Shown here piece by piece: positions 1-13,556 of a stretch of DNA of 64,000 bases. The stretch spans positions 956,711-1,020,710 of the forward strand of contig NMRA01000053.1 of assembly GCA_002633005.1 (NCBI GenBank), in the 5' to 3' direction. The translations under genes were made by a program, and so were the position numbers. Positions within the stretch are counted from its first letter, which is position 1, and the number at the start of each line of letters is the position of its first letter. Under the pieces are notes generated by a model. The model did not search any database and was not told the origin of the DNA. It was given only the letters and a program-made list of their open reading frames with translations. The stretch comes from Phoronis australis. Its lineage: Eukaryota; Animalia; Phoronida.

Positions 1-67
1 GCCTAAGAGCCCAGTCACAACAAGGATAGTTCTCAATCTCGAAAACGGGAAACTGTGAACGACATGG

Positions 68-138
68 CTTTGGCGGCGCACCATAGGGGGCTGGGGGGGC
101 TATAGCCCCCCACTTTTTTCAGTGCTGCGCCGCCCATG
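68..138. mobile_element. ~70-bp GC-rich MITE with 5-bp TSD (CATGG); inverted sister copy at 20820-20895
   Basis: Termini ctttggcggcgc...gcgccgcccatg are flanked by catgg at 63-67 and 139-143. A near-identical reverse-complement copy lies at 20820-20895. Confidence 0.7.
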
Positions 139-2237
139 CATGGCTGCCTTGTTTTGAACGGCGTTGCATTCGAGATATGTTTGGACAAAGTTGTGTTCCC
201 CGCCGTTTCAAGATGTAACATTATAACGAATTCAAAAGCGAACGTGGGCGCATTGCAAATCTTTATGTGTTTTTAAGTCCTGACTACTAAGTTCAGTGGA
301 CGATGAGCAGAGTGAATTGTTGACGCGTACCAACGAATTTAATGCTGTTACATTGAACTCCAATGCTCTCACTACACGCTGGTGCAATTTTCGTCATAGT
401 GTGACGGCTCATTAGACTGACTCGGACTTTCTGAGGACGAACTGAATGTGACGCCAACGAGCATTGATAGCATTGCTGTGTGTTATGTAGACGGAGCGTA
501 ACTATTGGACGTCAAAGGAAAAAGCTGGAAACAAGTACTAGGATTTACCCAGAGTGTGCGTGACTATATTTTTGGCTGGATGTTCCACGGAAGATTATGA
601 AAGTTGGCACGATAAAACCACACCCTATATACTCATAAAAAGGAAGCATTTGTTGTAAGCTTCAAAAACTTACCTCTGGAGCTTGAAAAAGTGAGAGTGG
701 GAACTGAAAAGGACACTCGGTTTATGGGGGAACCTGTATGTGAACTAACCACATATCGGAGCTGCACCTCCATGCTTCCTATGATTGCAATGGTCAATGA
801 TCGATTGATATAATCGGGGATATTTTCAGTGTCCTTTTTTCAAGGTATTGGTCACATAAAATCACTAAACCGAACGAAATTAATTTACTTTTCACTAGTG
901 CATGTTTGAGAGAACCAGTTACGTCACTGAGAGCTCATATTTCTTGATTTGACATTCCAGGCACTCCAGTAAGAACATACTTCATTTAGTGTAAACTTGA
1001 GATTACAAATTCTGATATCAATGCTTATTTTTGCAGTTAGCGGAAAATTTAGCTGCCTGTTTGTACAAACAAGCGGCCATCTTTGGATAGATGACCTTAT
1101 CCAAGAAAATGAGCTTATCTGGATATGCTCCTAGAGCCGGGTTATTATGTGCTAAAACCTAGTTTTAGGTGAGACATCACAGGTTTGTGATTGTATGTTT
1201 ACCGTCAAAACTGATTCACGGACGCGTCCAGCTGAGTCGTCAACGTGAAACTGAAACACAACCAGGTGACCGACATAGTTTTATTTGCAAATTCACAGGA
1301 ATATTATTAACCAGAATTTCGCCACATGCGCGCACCCAGCCTAAAATGTAGGGATCGGGGAGTCTTGAACTGGGTTTGTGGATCTTATTACTAAAAAAAA
1401 AAACGGGTAAACGGAGTTTGTTCAAGGCTATGCATTGTGCATTCGCCCCCAGAGCTCCCCTAGGTGCGCGCATATGCCAGTCAGCAATTCGCACCACGAA
1501 CTGCCAAATGGAATCTGGGAGAATTTTGGGGGGGGGGGGTCCGCCACTGATAGCCCCCAGCTCTGGCCCTATGGTGGGCTCCACATACAATGTAGTTTAG
1601 TGTAGTAAAGATCTGACCAAACTGACTCGTTTCCGGGATGTTCACCCCGCTCTAATGCAAACAGAGTTTAGGACGCAACAAGTGTGTCACCTCAGAGTAC
1701 CACCGAGAGTTGAAGTTCATCATTGAGCAGTGTCCCGGACGAAAAGGCGGGTGTTTTACTTTGATGCGGATAAAATCACATGCGCCTACAGCACCCGTGT
1801 GACTGGAAAATATGTGACATCACAGGCAAGTTTAGGGACCGGCAAAAGTAGAAAGCATCATGGCGAGCCTGATGGAGAGTGTATAAATGACCATGAGGTG
1901 TCTCGTCTTGCACCGCATGACTCACGTCCATACAAATAACTTGTATTTACAAAATACTTCAGAAGTTGTTTTCTTCTAGTATCTGTATTATTTTGATTTC
2001 TAATATTATGTAACCTTGTATCTCACTTCCACTTTCCTTGCTTCAGTGTAAACTGACTTCGAAAACACTTCGCAATTTGCGCATCTAAACACCGTAAAGT
2101 ATCAAAATATTTTATTTACTAACCCGACACACCTTCAGTGCGATTGATCCTTGTCGTTTTCTATTGGCCTATATTACGTCACGTGCCTTAATTCTTCGTC
2201 TACATCCATTCTTGTTTGCTAATCAAACACTTTTTAG

Positions 2238-2378
2238 CAGTGCTGTAGTGGTAAAATTAGAGGTAAGTAGGCGCCCAAAGCCCACCGTATCCCATTGAGC
2301 ACTGAACGTAACTTACTGTGCGTAGGCGCTACGTTCAAATGGCAAAAGGTGGTTGGCTGCGCCCCACTACAGCACCGT
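2238..2378. mobile_element. Short MITE relic (TIR cagtgctgtagtgg / ccactacagcaccg)
   Basis: Imperfect terminal inverted repeats. Internal segments are shared with 24945-24995 and 25390-25474 (aaaaggtggttggctgcg...ccccactgcagcactg). Confidence 0.5.
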
Positions 2379-3943
2379 ATTTTAGTCTCAAAATTTTCGG
2401 CAAAACTTTACAACGGGCCAGGTTTTAGACCTGAAGACGCGGTTAGGGCATGATTTTGACATATGGGGGGGGGGGAGAGATTTTACGAATTTCAAAAGTT
2501 GCCAAAAAGATGTAGGCCTACTGCCAGAAGCATCCTTGATGGGACATGAATTAACGTACGAAACGCCCACAGCGCGCGGGCATTGAAATCCAGAGAAATG
2601 AGTGAATGGAACATCGGGTCGAAATTTCAGTAATGGTTTCGTCCATTTCTAATAACAAAAATGAGGTCCAAGGTCGAGTTTGACGTTATTACATGCGCAC
2701 ACCCGGCCTTTATATATGGGGAGCTCGAATCTCTGGCAAAGTGGATCGGTGACCTGCACACAGCAGTGTGATCAACACACATGAGTCGGGCCCCGATCGT
2801 CATTAATAATGATTTTCCTTTCTTCAAAAGAACATTCTCTCATTGGGACTCTTATTATCTTTATAAAACGATCGAGAATGTTGTCTTTGTGTAATTCACA
2901 ATTTTACGGTTTTAAAGTTACTTTTTTCCGCTATCGGACCCTGGTCAAATGACGCTTGGCAGGGAACTAGGTCACTGTTTTTGGCTGTTTGGATGATATC
3001 ATTGTCTGTTCGCTTGACACAGTATTCTGTAATTTCCATGACCAATTTGATTTTTTGCATCTCCTCGCAAGTAGTCCATTGTGATGAATTTACAGGATGT
3101 AATTATAAGATGCGACACTCCGGCCACTGACTAGGAAGCCACTCTTGAGAGAATCCGAGCTACACCCGGCGAGGGACGTTACTTGCTTTGCTGATCGACT
3201 CAAACATGAAATTGATCATGTCAGTTGATTCCCAACGGGACATTCTCTTTCCATCATCGGGACACTCTCTTTCCATCATCGAGTCACCTAGCGTAAAAGG
3301 TAGTACGGTTTCACAAAAACAGGAAAATAGTGGCAAGACTATCCGGCGTGACCCCCGCTAGCCGCCGTCACATGATCCGGTCTAGCTGAGGCCAGTTTGA
3401 GCTCACTAACTGAAGACTAGATTGAAAAGGCTTAAAACGGCTTTTCAATAAATGCTCTCAAAATGCGCCCCATCAAATAGTAAACCTTTCTGTAAAACTT
3501 TCAACTCCCTAAAAGGATGGTTATTTATAATTTTTAAGGGTACTTGTAGGCAGCACAGGAGATAGTCGGCCACGCAGTCGAACGTCCTTTGTCTGCTCTT
3601 TTCAAGCCGTGTCTAGAACGAGACTTTGACCTACTTTGACTGACGCGTGAATGCCGGTTCTCTTGAGCCCTTAATTTTCTTTGAAATTTTATGTATTTCA
3701 AAGTTTCCAATCAACTTTACAACACATAATTTATCATAACACACAACAGACTATAACAACTAAGAAACTGGTCAACGCGGAATACCCAAGTAAAACAATA
3801 GTTCCCAGACTCGTTTTCACCTCCACCACATGGTTTTAACACAATCTAAGCGGCCTTTTATTAGCGGGACCTTACGGATAACTAGGCAGCTCGGACGCTA
3901 GTGATCTATCATTATTAATAGTGTTTAAGTTTGGTCCCTTTAG

Positions 3944-3985
3944 ATCTCTTACTGTCGTCCAAAGATCTTTAATTGTCAAGAAACT
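3944..3985 (+). other. Candidate non-coding 5'UTR exon of the hnRNP gene
   Basis: The hnRNP ATG (9311) directly follows an acceptor AG, so an upstream exon is required. Here ccctttag precedes and gtaagt (3986) follows, at the edge of a CpG-richer region. Unverified. Confidence 0.2.
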
Positions 3986-6419
3986 GTAAGTATCCATCAG
4001 AACCTAAATAATGTATATTTGTTAAAGTATACCGGTGTCTTAACTTGTCGTGTGACAACCACAATGGCGTACAAATGCAACCGGCATGTTTGAACGTTTG
4101 GTGAATCAGTTGGCTTGACTTCGTGCCCATATTACTTTGAGTTAAAGTTCGAAATTTGAATTTTCGAATCACTTGTGGTTTTTAAGATCATAAGAAAGCA
4201 ACTAACAGCAGTTAACTAACTAAATGTTTCCATATTAAAGGGAAATTAAATGACTTGAAACTTCGCATGTTGGCCAACAGATGTCTCTCCGTAAAAATTG
4301 ACATCTGCACACGACTTTTGTTTAAGAACACCATTTTAATGTCATTTTTAGTGAGGATCAAGGTAATCTGGATTAGGTTATGAAATGGTATCAATAAGTA
4401 TAGTGCGTTTCTCAACAATGTAATCACTAGGTGAGACCAGTTGTCTCACAACCACTGATTTTGCTTACAAAATGGTTGAACTACAACAGTGACAATGGGA
4501 ATGCTTTAACTGTACCACAATCAATTAAGCTGAGATCTAATATTATTTTATTTGTTTGAAACCATTTTACATCCCGCAGACAGTAAATGTCCAGCAGATA
4601 TATACTGTAACTTACAAAAAATGGTCGAATTTGACTCAGAATTAAAGAGTGCAAAAGCCAAATTTCCAAGAACTTACTAGATTGTGTAATTAGTTACTAG
4701 TAAAGCAGTGGAGTTTCAGTCTAAAATGTCTCGCAATCAGGCTGTTGCAGATACTGGATAGTGGTTAGCATTGTAGGCTGACAACTGCAGGGTGCAATTT
4801 GGAGAGTACATGCTCCTCACAAAGTGCAACTTTACAAAATATGACCTCAGTTTGCTGGCATCACCCTCCTGGCGTCAACTTTGGCTAGAACCTCACTCGA
4901 GTAGAAATAGCCGAGATTATCCAACCCAGGAATGGAACCAACAACCTGGACAAAACGGGCAAATGTGCAAACCATTTGATTAATGCTGTGTGTCAGCAAA
5001 TGGGTCATTTAAACACTTTCACGTAACCCCTTCTCAGAAACTTAGGAACAAGTAAACACGAGTTTTCAAGTATGATGAGAGATAGATTCTGTTGAAAAAT
5101 AAACTTGTTGCACTTTCACCAGTGTTCTCCACATCTGAAAATCTAAACAGGTCGCACGCGTAAAAATTGCAACAACATGCCAGAACCGCGTGGCGGTCAA
5201 TGTTCTCCATAGGCTAGTGTGCACCTTATTTTTACCCAAGCACTTCAACAGCACTTCACAGTAGTGCAAACAAATAACTGTTCAACTTTTTATTTTTGCA
5301 AGGTGGACTTATTTACAAACATATCACAAAACCATGTGTTTAGTAAACGACTTTGAAATTGAAGTCTACACAGACGTGTTTGAAACAGTATGGCGAAATA
5401 TTTTACTCAATACTTGTGATGTCAAGGTCGAAAAAGTCCAAAAAGTCCATGTCCAAAAAGTTTAAGATAGAGGTAAACGTTTCCCATGAAGTAGACTGTC
5501 CAAGTGAAGTGTCTTTGTAAAGCCAGTCGCATTTTTATGTCTTGATAGCTAAGTCTACATTTTTTCTCAGTCTCATGTCTTGCACAGCATTCTTATAGTC
5601 AATACCCCGGTCCGCATTGTCTGTCTGAATTTGATGTTCTTTAGTTGATACAACATTAAACTTCTGCACTACCAGAAATCTTGTAAAAACATGCACAATA
5701 TGCGAGTCCTCCATCGTGAATGCAAATTAGGTATGCCTAGAGTAAACAAAACGGTTCACGTGCGTTTTCCATTTACTTGGACGGGAGTGTTAGGCCTGTT
5801 GATGAAAACCAATATTTCTAGAAAGATAGTGACAGGATTGTCAAAGGCTTGCAGCTATGGAATTCCCATAGATTTCAGGATTGTCCCTAACTCATTTATC
5901 CAGCTGAGAACCATCTATTCTCAAGTTGGAGGGAATTGTAAGAATGCTGATGTCAGATGTTGTTGGCAAAAATTTGGTCCACCGTTCATGACATGGAAAT
6001 TTGCGATTCTTTGACTGAGCTCGGCAGTATCACCACCATCGGGATCGGGATCTGGATTATATGTCATATCTGCATCTGAGTTAACGTCTCTCAAGTCTTG
6101 GTTTTTAAAATGATCCTTCGCAGTCCTTCTAAGTATGTAGAATGCGCATGTCAATCGGTAACAGAAGCTAGGATAGAGTTGAATAACGTAAGGACCACGC
6201 TAGGTAAGCAAGACTGCGATATTATGCTTTTTGAATTGGAGTACGTAATTTTGGCTACAATTTCTCACCGCGAGGCATATATTTTGAACTTTACCCAGTG
6301 ACGTCACTAGCTGTCCCAAATCTCGGAATTACTCCCCCGAAACCGCAAACAACGTGCACGGCCAATTCCGAAGTTGAGTTGCGAACGGCCTTGGCAGATT
6401 TTCAGAGGGAATATGTGGC

Positions 6420-7194
6420 GTCCACTGCTGTATCTCCTGAACACTTCGCAGGATCTTGATGAGATGTTGTAGACGTGTTCCTATTAAGCTGACGACGGAT
6501 GGCGACAAATTTCGGACCTCTCCGACTACTGGTGTGCCTCCTAGTGGCAATTTTACTTTTTTACGCTTACCTCTGTATCTTTGGAGGTCCTCAACGGATT
6601 TTCATAAAATTTGGCAGTTAGGCATCTATTAGTGAGATGATGCCATACCCTCGTTTTCAGACGAATTTGAGTTACTTTGCGCCACCTAGTGGCCATTTTT
6701 ACTGTCTTCGAGTCTGTTTTTTAGCGTACACCTCTATCAACCAAACCATTCTAAGGATGAGTTTGAGAATTGGCATACATGTTCTCAGTGTTATGAGGAC
6801 AGTTGGCGGTGATGACTTTGTATACTGTGGCGCCTCCTAGTGGTAGTTTTGTTTTGCTTCCATAGCTGTATCTCCTAAACCCACTGCAGGATCTTTATGA
6901 AACTTAGTGAGTGTATTTATATAAATCTAATAATAGTCGACGACAACTTTCAGGTGTACCCTTTGCCCCCTTGTGGCAATTTCATTTTTTTGTTTTTGTT
7001 TTCTTTTGTTTCTCTGAAGTTCCTTGACAGATTTTTATGAAATTCGGTAAATAGCTTTCTATTAAAGAAGCGATGGCATGCTCTGTTTTCAGATGGACTG
7101 GACGTTTTGCGCCATCTAGTGGCCATTTTTATGATAGATATAAACTCTAGAAGCACACGGTTTGCGGTGCATTCATGGGCACATTTCAACGCTC
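6420..7194 (+). mobile_element. 5'-truncated Helentron-type non-autonomous element (HINE/DINE-like) with ~140-bp internal tandem units
   Basis: Repeated units (ctgtatctc...ggatct...gcgccacctagtggc). The 3' end aagcacacggtttgcggtgcattc...atttcaacgctc matches 21101-21145. Confidence 0.65.
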
Positions 7195-7769
7195 TGAACC
7201 GGTCGCAGAATTTTTAAACAGGATGCGGGACATTTAAAAAAGCCAAACAGGATGCTGCGACACCTTAATAGTGGTCGTGAAGAACACTGTTCACAGAAAC
7301 AATGAGTTACACGGCTATTCACGGAGGGCAGATGGCTGGCTTATTGTAGGGTACAGTTTCAACTTCGAAAATGAAACCTTCAAGCAATTCTGACCTGGGA
7401 ATTGCAAAGGGGTTAAATTAATAAATCGCAGAAATCTTGTGGAATTTCACCTTTCAAGTTGGAGTGTAGTGTTTTAGAGTATTAAGAAATCATACAATGG
7501 TTTCCTGGGCTCCGGTGCTTTGAGTTTGGGTCAAATATCGTCCAATCCCCTGTGAAAAACAGTTAAAAACCGCACATTGACTCATTCCCCTGACCAGGAG
7601 TAGAAACTCCCATGAACGTTAAAAAGATTTCCTTCTAGGCTAGTCACTTGCAACTCATGAATGGATGTTGCTGTCAAAATTTTGCTTCGATAAATGAATT
7701 TCAGGTCTCAAATAATCCATATTCTCTTACAGAGGTTGAAGCTCAAGTTAATTAGTCGCAGGTCTCTTA

Positions 7770-8421
7770 GGCCTTTCCCACTGGCTCCGAAGCTTTAGTG
7801 TTGCGGAAGCTTCGGTCATTGAGAACACTTAAATTCGGTCTTGAGTCGAAATTAACAGCACAAGTTAACTTCGAAATAAAGAGCTCGATTTAACAGCAAA
7901 GCGTTGACGCTTTGTTACATTGGGAACACTAATTTCGATCACTGCCTGTGTTTGCCAACAGTGGGCGGTTAATGGTTGCTATTTGTTAATGTTTTGCTCA
8001 GAATAATTATGGTTTGGCAGCATAAGCATTCATTTTCAATTTACAACTTATCCACATGTTTGCTGGATTCTTCACGTTTTGAAAAAATCACTGACTGTGC
8101 AGTGTACGCAAAACAAGTTCCCTCCACGCCATACCACCTTAGGATCTGCTGTTAGCCTGCTCAAGATTCAATTTTTAATATGCCAGTTTCTTATATCTCG
8201 TGCCTTGTGAAGTTGACATTCAAGTTCCCAGATGGAGAGAGGGAAAGGTCCTTGCCGTTTTTTATGGCAAGCTCTCAAAAACAGCAAGGCATATGACCAA
8301 AGATAATACTAGAGCCTCCTTGTGGTAATTTCAGTGAGCTATAAGCCGCTTAAATTCGCTGTTAACCACAGTTAACATCAAGGCTTCGGTAGTAGCAAAG
8401 GTAACTGAATGGGAAAGGTCC
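7770..8421. mobile_element. PIF/Harbinger-like MITE, TTA TSD
   Basis: tta|ggcctttccca ... tgggaaaggtcc|tta. Confidence 0.5.
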
Positions 8422-8858
8422 TTATAAGAAGTTGTTGATTGTGGCCAGCTTAGTGGTTCCTGAGCTTTGCATTTGAAATGACTTGTTCATTCGTTGTCTT
8501 TGTTTGCACAATGTCCAGTTGACTGTTAACGACATTAAGAGTGACCTGCCTGGCCTTTAATTCTTCATGTTTTTTGATTGAAAAACTCTGAATCTGCTAC
8601 TTGTAGTTGACATTCAGTTACGAAGTCTACATGTGATTATGTCATGTTTTTTAACTTACGTTTGCGCGTCGAATCTTGTTTTTTCAAAAACTGAAATGTT
8701 CATGAAATTGATAGAATAGAATTTATACAGATGAAACATGCACAGTCCTGCATGATCCTAGCAATTTTTGTTGGTACATAAGTTTCATACTACTTGACAC
8801 TCTCTATCTAGTGGTCCAGGTATGACACAATATTCCCTTCGTCTAACATCAGCAACGG

Positions 8859-8940
8859 CATTGTGAAATGTACTGTTTGAATACCATCGTGTTTGGAGAC
8901 ATTGCGAAATGTACTGTTTGAATACCTCGTGTTTGGAGAC
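8859..8940. repeat. ~41-bp tandem duplication x2
   Basis: cattgtgaaatgtactgtttgaataccatcgtgtttggaga repeated with 1 substitution and 1 indel. Confidence 0.85.
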
Positions 8941-9310
8941 AGAGCGAATCATTAGTCACTCAAATACTAAAAGTTAGACTGGGATAATTTTACCAGCAAT
9001 GCACGTAAATATTTTCTTTGCTGCTTAGGGATTGCTTAACTCTGGCCAATGGGTCCGCTAGAATTGTAGTAAAAAATGTAGATAAGAAAATAGTAATGTA
9101 GTCCAAAGTGACCCCGAGGACTAGGGGTTCAGTTGACCCAAAGCCACGTATTCTAAAGTTTTCCATGATTAATGCAATGAATTGCTTTGTGCATCGTTAA
9201 CTAGTCCACTTAGGCAAGGAAAGTACTTCTCCACTTTTACCTGCATGTTCTTGAACCTGTTAAGTTTTGTTGTTTTAGTTCACAGTCTAACTTTGCTTTG
9301 TTTCTTTAAG

Positions 9311-9574
9311 ATGACGAATATGGACAACCCGAATCTTTGGAAAATCTACTGTGGGAACCTGAACCGTTCTACAGAGCAGAGCACACTTCAACAGTACTTT
9401 TCCAACTTCGGGACTGTCAAAGAATGCAAACTTGTATGCGACGCTGAACAAAAGTCTAAGGGTTTTGCTTTCGTCACAATGAGTTCGATAGAGGATGTAG
9501 ACAATGTGCAGTTGAATCGGCCACACGTTATTGACGGCAAAGATGTTGCAACCAAACGGGCTGTGCCAAGAGAT
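9311..9574 (+). CDS. hnRNPA1-like: hnRNP A/B-family protein, coding exon 1 (RRM1)
   Basis: MTNMDNPNLWKIYCGNL...KSKGFAFVTM...RPHVIDGKDVATKRAVPRD. Acceptor ctttaag sits directly before the ATG; donor gtgagt at 9575; phase 0. Confidence 0.93.
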
Positions 9575-11391
9575 GTGAGTTTATGTACCTTAGTGGCAGG
9601 ACTGTATAAAAATTTCCAAATTTGACTAACTTCGTAACATCATATCTAAGAAATGGCTGATCAGAGTCATGTGAAACTTTCAGATACTATGCTTTGTGCA
9701 CTGTCCTTCAAAATGGTGCTAGGGATTGTTTTTAAAGTGTTCCGTTTTTTGCATGCATGGTCTAAAAATATTAAGTCCAGTATCTTTTTCACAAAAAAAT
9801 GTTGCATAAAACTGAAACAAAATGACATTTTAGAGAGCCTATTGATCATGAAGTCTTCATGAATATTTTTATTCTACACACGATTGCATTATGGTCTAAT
9901 GAGCTTCTAGTTTCAGTTGGGTCTTAAGTGGGCCTGTTTCAAGACTTAAAAGTCCTAGTAGCACACGTTTTTAACCCTTATTAAATGGTTAAAAGAAGTT
10001 ACAAGGAACCTAGTAGTACCTATCCTATAACTAATGCACAATTTGTACTGGAGGAAGGTTTAAATAAATGTCACTCTTGATTCTGACCTGAAGAACACAC
10101 CGCCATTTTGAACTTGTCACGTTTTAAAATATATTTTCTCTAATAATTGAAAATCAAAGTCGATTTAGCAAGTGATTATTTTCCTCGAAGAAAGGTCGTC
10201 ACGGCATCTGCAAGGGAATTGCTTCGCGGGTTACAAGCACATGTGCATGTTATTGTGATTGAGGTGTAGAGCTCGCTGTTTTGAGCTAAAACTTGTGTTT
10301 GTTTGTTTAAACATCGCCGATGTTTTTTTTTTATTTTACATTTATAACGGCCAGTACAGCCGGTATCGATTTGCTGTCAAGTACGCAGAAATATGGTCAT
10401 ATGTTCAGGTAGTCGCAAGACAATTGCTCACTCCAGGCTGGTACTTTGCATCAGTTTCACGATAATGTAATAAAGATAAGACATTTGCTGATCTAGAAAG
10501 TTTTTTCCTTTAATTTATTACCTAAATGGGTAGTGTTGCTGAAATTTGACGCACCCTCGCAATGTGTCAGGGCTGACCTCAGTGGCCGAGTGTTGGCTGC
10601 GGGAGATGCGGCGACGTACTTCACAAACTTATGGTTTTGCATAAAATATTGTTCGCCATATGCAAAAAACAGGTAAATTTGGACAATTAGTAATGAAATT
10701 TGTATAAAAAGAACCAAAATGAGAATCAAAAACAACCAATCAAAGTACGCATTTACGCTCACGGTGATGTCAATACGTTTTCAAGGACAACATGACTGTC
10801 ATTCAGGAATCGTTCCTGAACTGTTGTACAGGAACTCAGGTGTCACGGAAATAGATGGGAATAGTCCATGATTTTCTGATCTTGCCGAGGTACAAAATTG
10901 TGCTCAAAAAGGCTTTTAGTTTGATAACAGAAAGGAGGTGAACATTATTTGAAACTTCAACAATTCATATCCAGTAAGTTGGCCAAAATTAAGACAAAAC
11001 TTAGGTCAAACTTAAAATCTCTTTCTTGGACTTGAAACAAATTTAAGTTTTGTCTTGAAACTGACTGAAATTTAAGATTTGTCTTGACTAAATCAGTTTT
11101 CTTGGATTTGAGCTATCTACTCAAGTAATAACTCAAGTTTTCAAGTTTTTGCTCGAAATTTTTGCAAACATAGCAAACTAGGACTAGTCAGTCTTGCATG
11201 AAAGCCATGACGTACTTGAGCACAGAATTATATACACTTGTCTTGAGTTTGTATTAAAGTAGTACGGAATATGTAAAAATTAATTTTGATTTAGAGTACA
11301 AAGACTCATCGGCCTGACATCAAAACAGGACAGTTTTTATAAGTTAGCACCTTGTTTGCAAATGTGACACATGCTCCAATTCTCTGTTTAG

Positions 11392-11599
11392 GATCCAAAC
11401 CCGCTTGCCCACACCAGCACCAAAAAATTATTTCTGGGCGGAGTCAAGGAAGAAGCCACCGAGGATGACATCAGGACACTGTTCTGCGATTATGGAACAA
11501 TCGTGAAAGTTGACCGCATGTCGGACAAAATGACAGGAAAATTCAAGGGCTACTATTTCATCACATTCGAATCGGAAGATGCTGTTGATCGATATTACT
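11392..11599 (+). CDS. hnRNPA1-like: hnRNP A/B-family protein, coding exon 2 (linker + RRM2)
   Basis: DPNPLAHTSTKKLFLGGVKEE...GKFKGYYFITFESEDAVDRYY, resembling hnRNP A1 AHLTVKKIFVGGIKED. Acceptor gtttag, donor gtacgt; phase 0 to 1. Confidence 0.92.
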
Positions 11600-12822
11600 G
11601 TACGTAAGCCATATTGAACCCTTTCTGTTGTAGTTAATGAAGCACCGCATATATTTCTTGCAGTTGAAGCATTTTTGCTGCTTGTGTCCTTTGAACAGTT
11701 GCAGAGCTATAATGACATAACCACATTGATTTTTTGTTGTGTTTGGTATGGCTGCGTGACCACTGTTTAATGTTTTCTGAGATAAAAACCCAAGTCCTTC
11801 TTTTACCAGGTCAGTTGGTCGTCAGCTTGTTTTTAGCTTCAGTTTGATACATTTTATAATGCACCTTGTATTTGTGAGGCTCATGCACCAGTATTTTCCA
11901 CTTACTGTAAAACCAAACGTGCCAGAGCTAACAAACGTGCGGGAAATAATTTTTCCAAAGTTTTGCTTAATTGTGTTGCTCATAGGTAAGTGTGCTTTAT
12001 GGTGGCTTGTGTTCAATATCCTGGTGATTTTTTAAACCGAAAAGATCAAGATGGGATCTCAAAAAGTCTCATGTTCTGAATTATCTCTTCATTTTTGTTT
12101 TATGCCGTTCCTGATTTTTTCATAAAAGTCATAGACGTCCTAATTTTTGCCTGCACTTGTAGCAAAAATGAAACGTTTTTAAAAACAATTCCAAACAGGA
12201 GAACCGTGTCTAAGCCTTAGTGCCTGAAAGTGTCATTAACAATATTTTTTAATTCAAGACTCCTATATCGTTCTTCAGAAATATTGATGATCACACACCT
12301 ACATTTGTCCATAGGGCTGAAGCGTAGGTATCTTGACTTACAGATTTTTCCGTATTCTATGCTCTTTTGGTGATTAATTTTTTACCGATTTTGTGTATAC
12401 ATTACTGTGTCAGAATGCATTTTTAATTAGGTCAGCCAGCAGAGCATTTGACTGTGACCGCAAAGGTTCCAGGTTCAATTCCGTGCATCATGTCACTTAA
12501 CGCCTAAATTTGAAACGCTAATTAGGTCATCATATTCTTCTGACCTGGGGGTCAACAAATTAGAAGTATTTTTTACTTAAGATGATTTAAATGGTAAAGT
12601 CACCGGTCTTAAGTACAGGGAATGTCGGGCGGACAGTCAGCAAGAATTTGCTGCTCATAGTAAAATCACCTAAAAACAACATATTTTGTCGCAATGTAGT
12701 TCTGATGAAAGGTACTAACTTGAAAACGTCTATCCCATCCAACAGAAATCTCAAAAATGTTTTTTCGGCTGTCGCACCAATATTGTCCCTTTACGTCTAT
12801 GTTGCCGTTTGTTACTGTTATT

Positions 12823-13435
12823 CAGGGCTTGGAATTTTCCTCGGAAACGCGGATTTCCGCTTTTTTCAAATGTTCTGTCCGCGTATTTTATTATATTTCC
12901 GCGTAAAAAAAATCGGATATGATATAAAATTTCCGCGTCAAATTCCTTTCTTACCGCGGCGTTGCCGACGACGTTCACCTCGAAAAGCGGAAGTTGCTCT
13001 TTATGTTTCGGAGGAACGTAAATTGTCAACATTGCCGGGGCATCTGGGACAACGTGGTGGGATTTTCAATGGCGTCTCGTGTTATTGTTAAGCGCGGCGA
13101 CAAATACTACCGCTCTGCAGCCAAAAATGTGTGGGTTTTTTTAGTCCTCCCGATTTTTGTCGGGGAAAGGTTCACATTGACCATTTCAAGGCTGGTTATC
13201 GGGCATGATTTGGGCCGTAAAAGTTTCAAAGTTTCCGCGTTTTTTGTCATTGGTCATTCCAAGCCCTGAGATAAAAAGATGCAGACGCACGCTACTTATG
13301 GTGGTAACGTTTTTTTTAGTCCTACCGAATTTTGTCGGCGAAAGGTTCACATCGGCTATTTCAAGGCCGGGTAGCGCGCATGTTTTGCGCCGTAAAAGTT
13401 TCCGCGTTTTTTGTCATTGGTCATTCCAAGCCCTG
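12823..13435. mobile_element. hAT-like MITE with 6-bp TSD and duplicated right end
   Basis: gttatt|cagggcttggaa ... ttccaagccctg|gttatt. The right ~135 bp occur twice (ending 13268 and 13435). Confidence 0.75.
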
Positions 13436-13493
13436 GTTATTGTTACTGTTACTGTTGCTATTACTGACATTGTTTTGTGTTGTTCCCTTGCAG

Positions 13494-13556
13494 TAATAAG
13501 GACACTGGAATTGAACGGCAAGCCAGTGGAAGCGAAGAAAGCTGAGGAATTTGGAT
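13494..13556 (+). CDS. hnRNPA1-like: hnRNP A/B-family protein, coding exon 3 (end of RRM2)
   Basis: (L)IRTLELNGKPVEAKKAEEFG. Acceptor cccttgcag, donor gtaagc; phase 1 to 1. Confidence 0.88.

Noticed and set aside
3236-3281. 22-bp direct repeat cgggacaYtctctttccatcat x2
   Set aside because: A simple local tandem duplication with no further structure.
9182-9310. N-terminal extension of the 147-aa ORF before MTNMD
   Set aside because: It starts at TTG and runs through the polypyrimidine tract and acceptor, so it is intronic.
12425-12486. tRNA-like sequences (also ~16735-16790, ~17840-17897, ~32850-32912 minus)
   Set aside because: A/B-box-like words are present but no intact cloverleaf; these are degenerate SINE heads, not tRNA genes.
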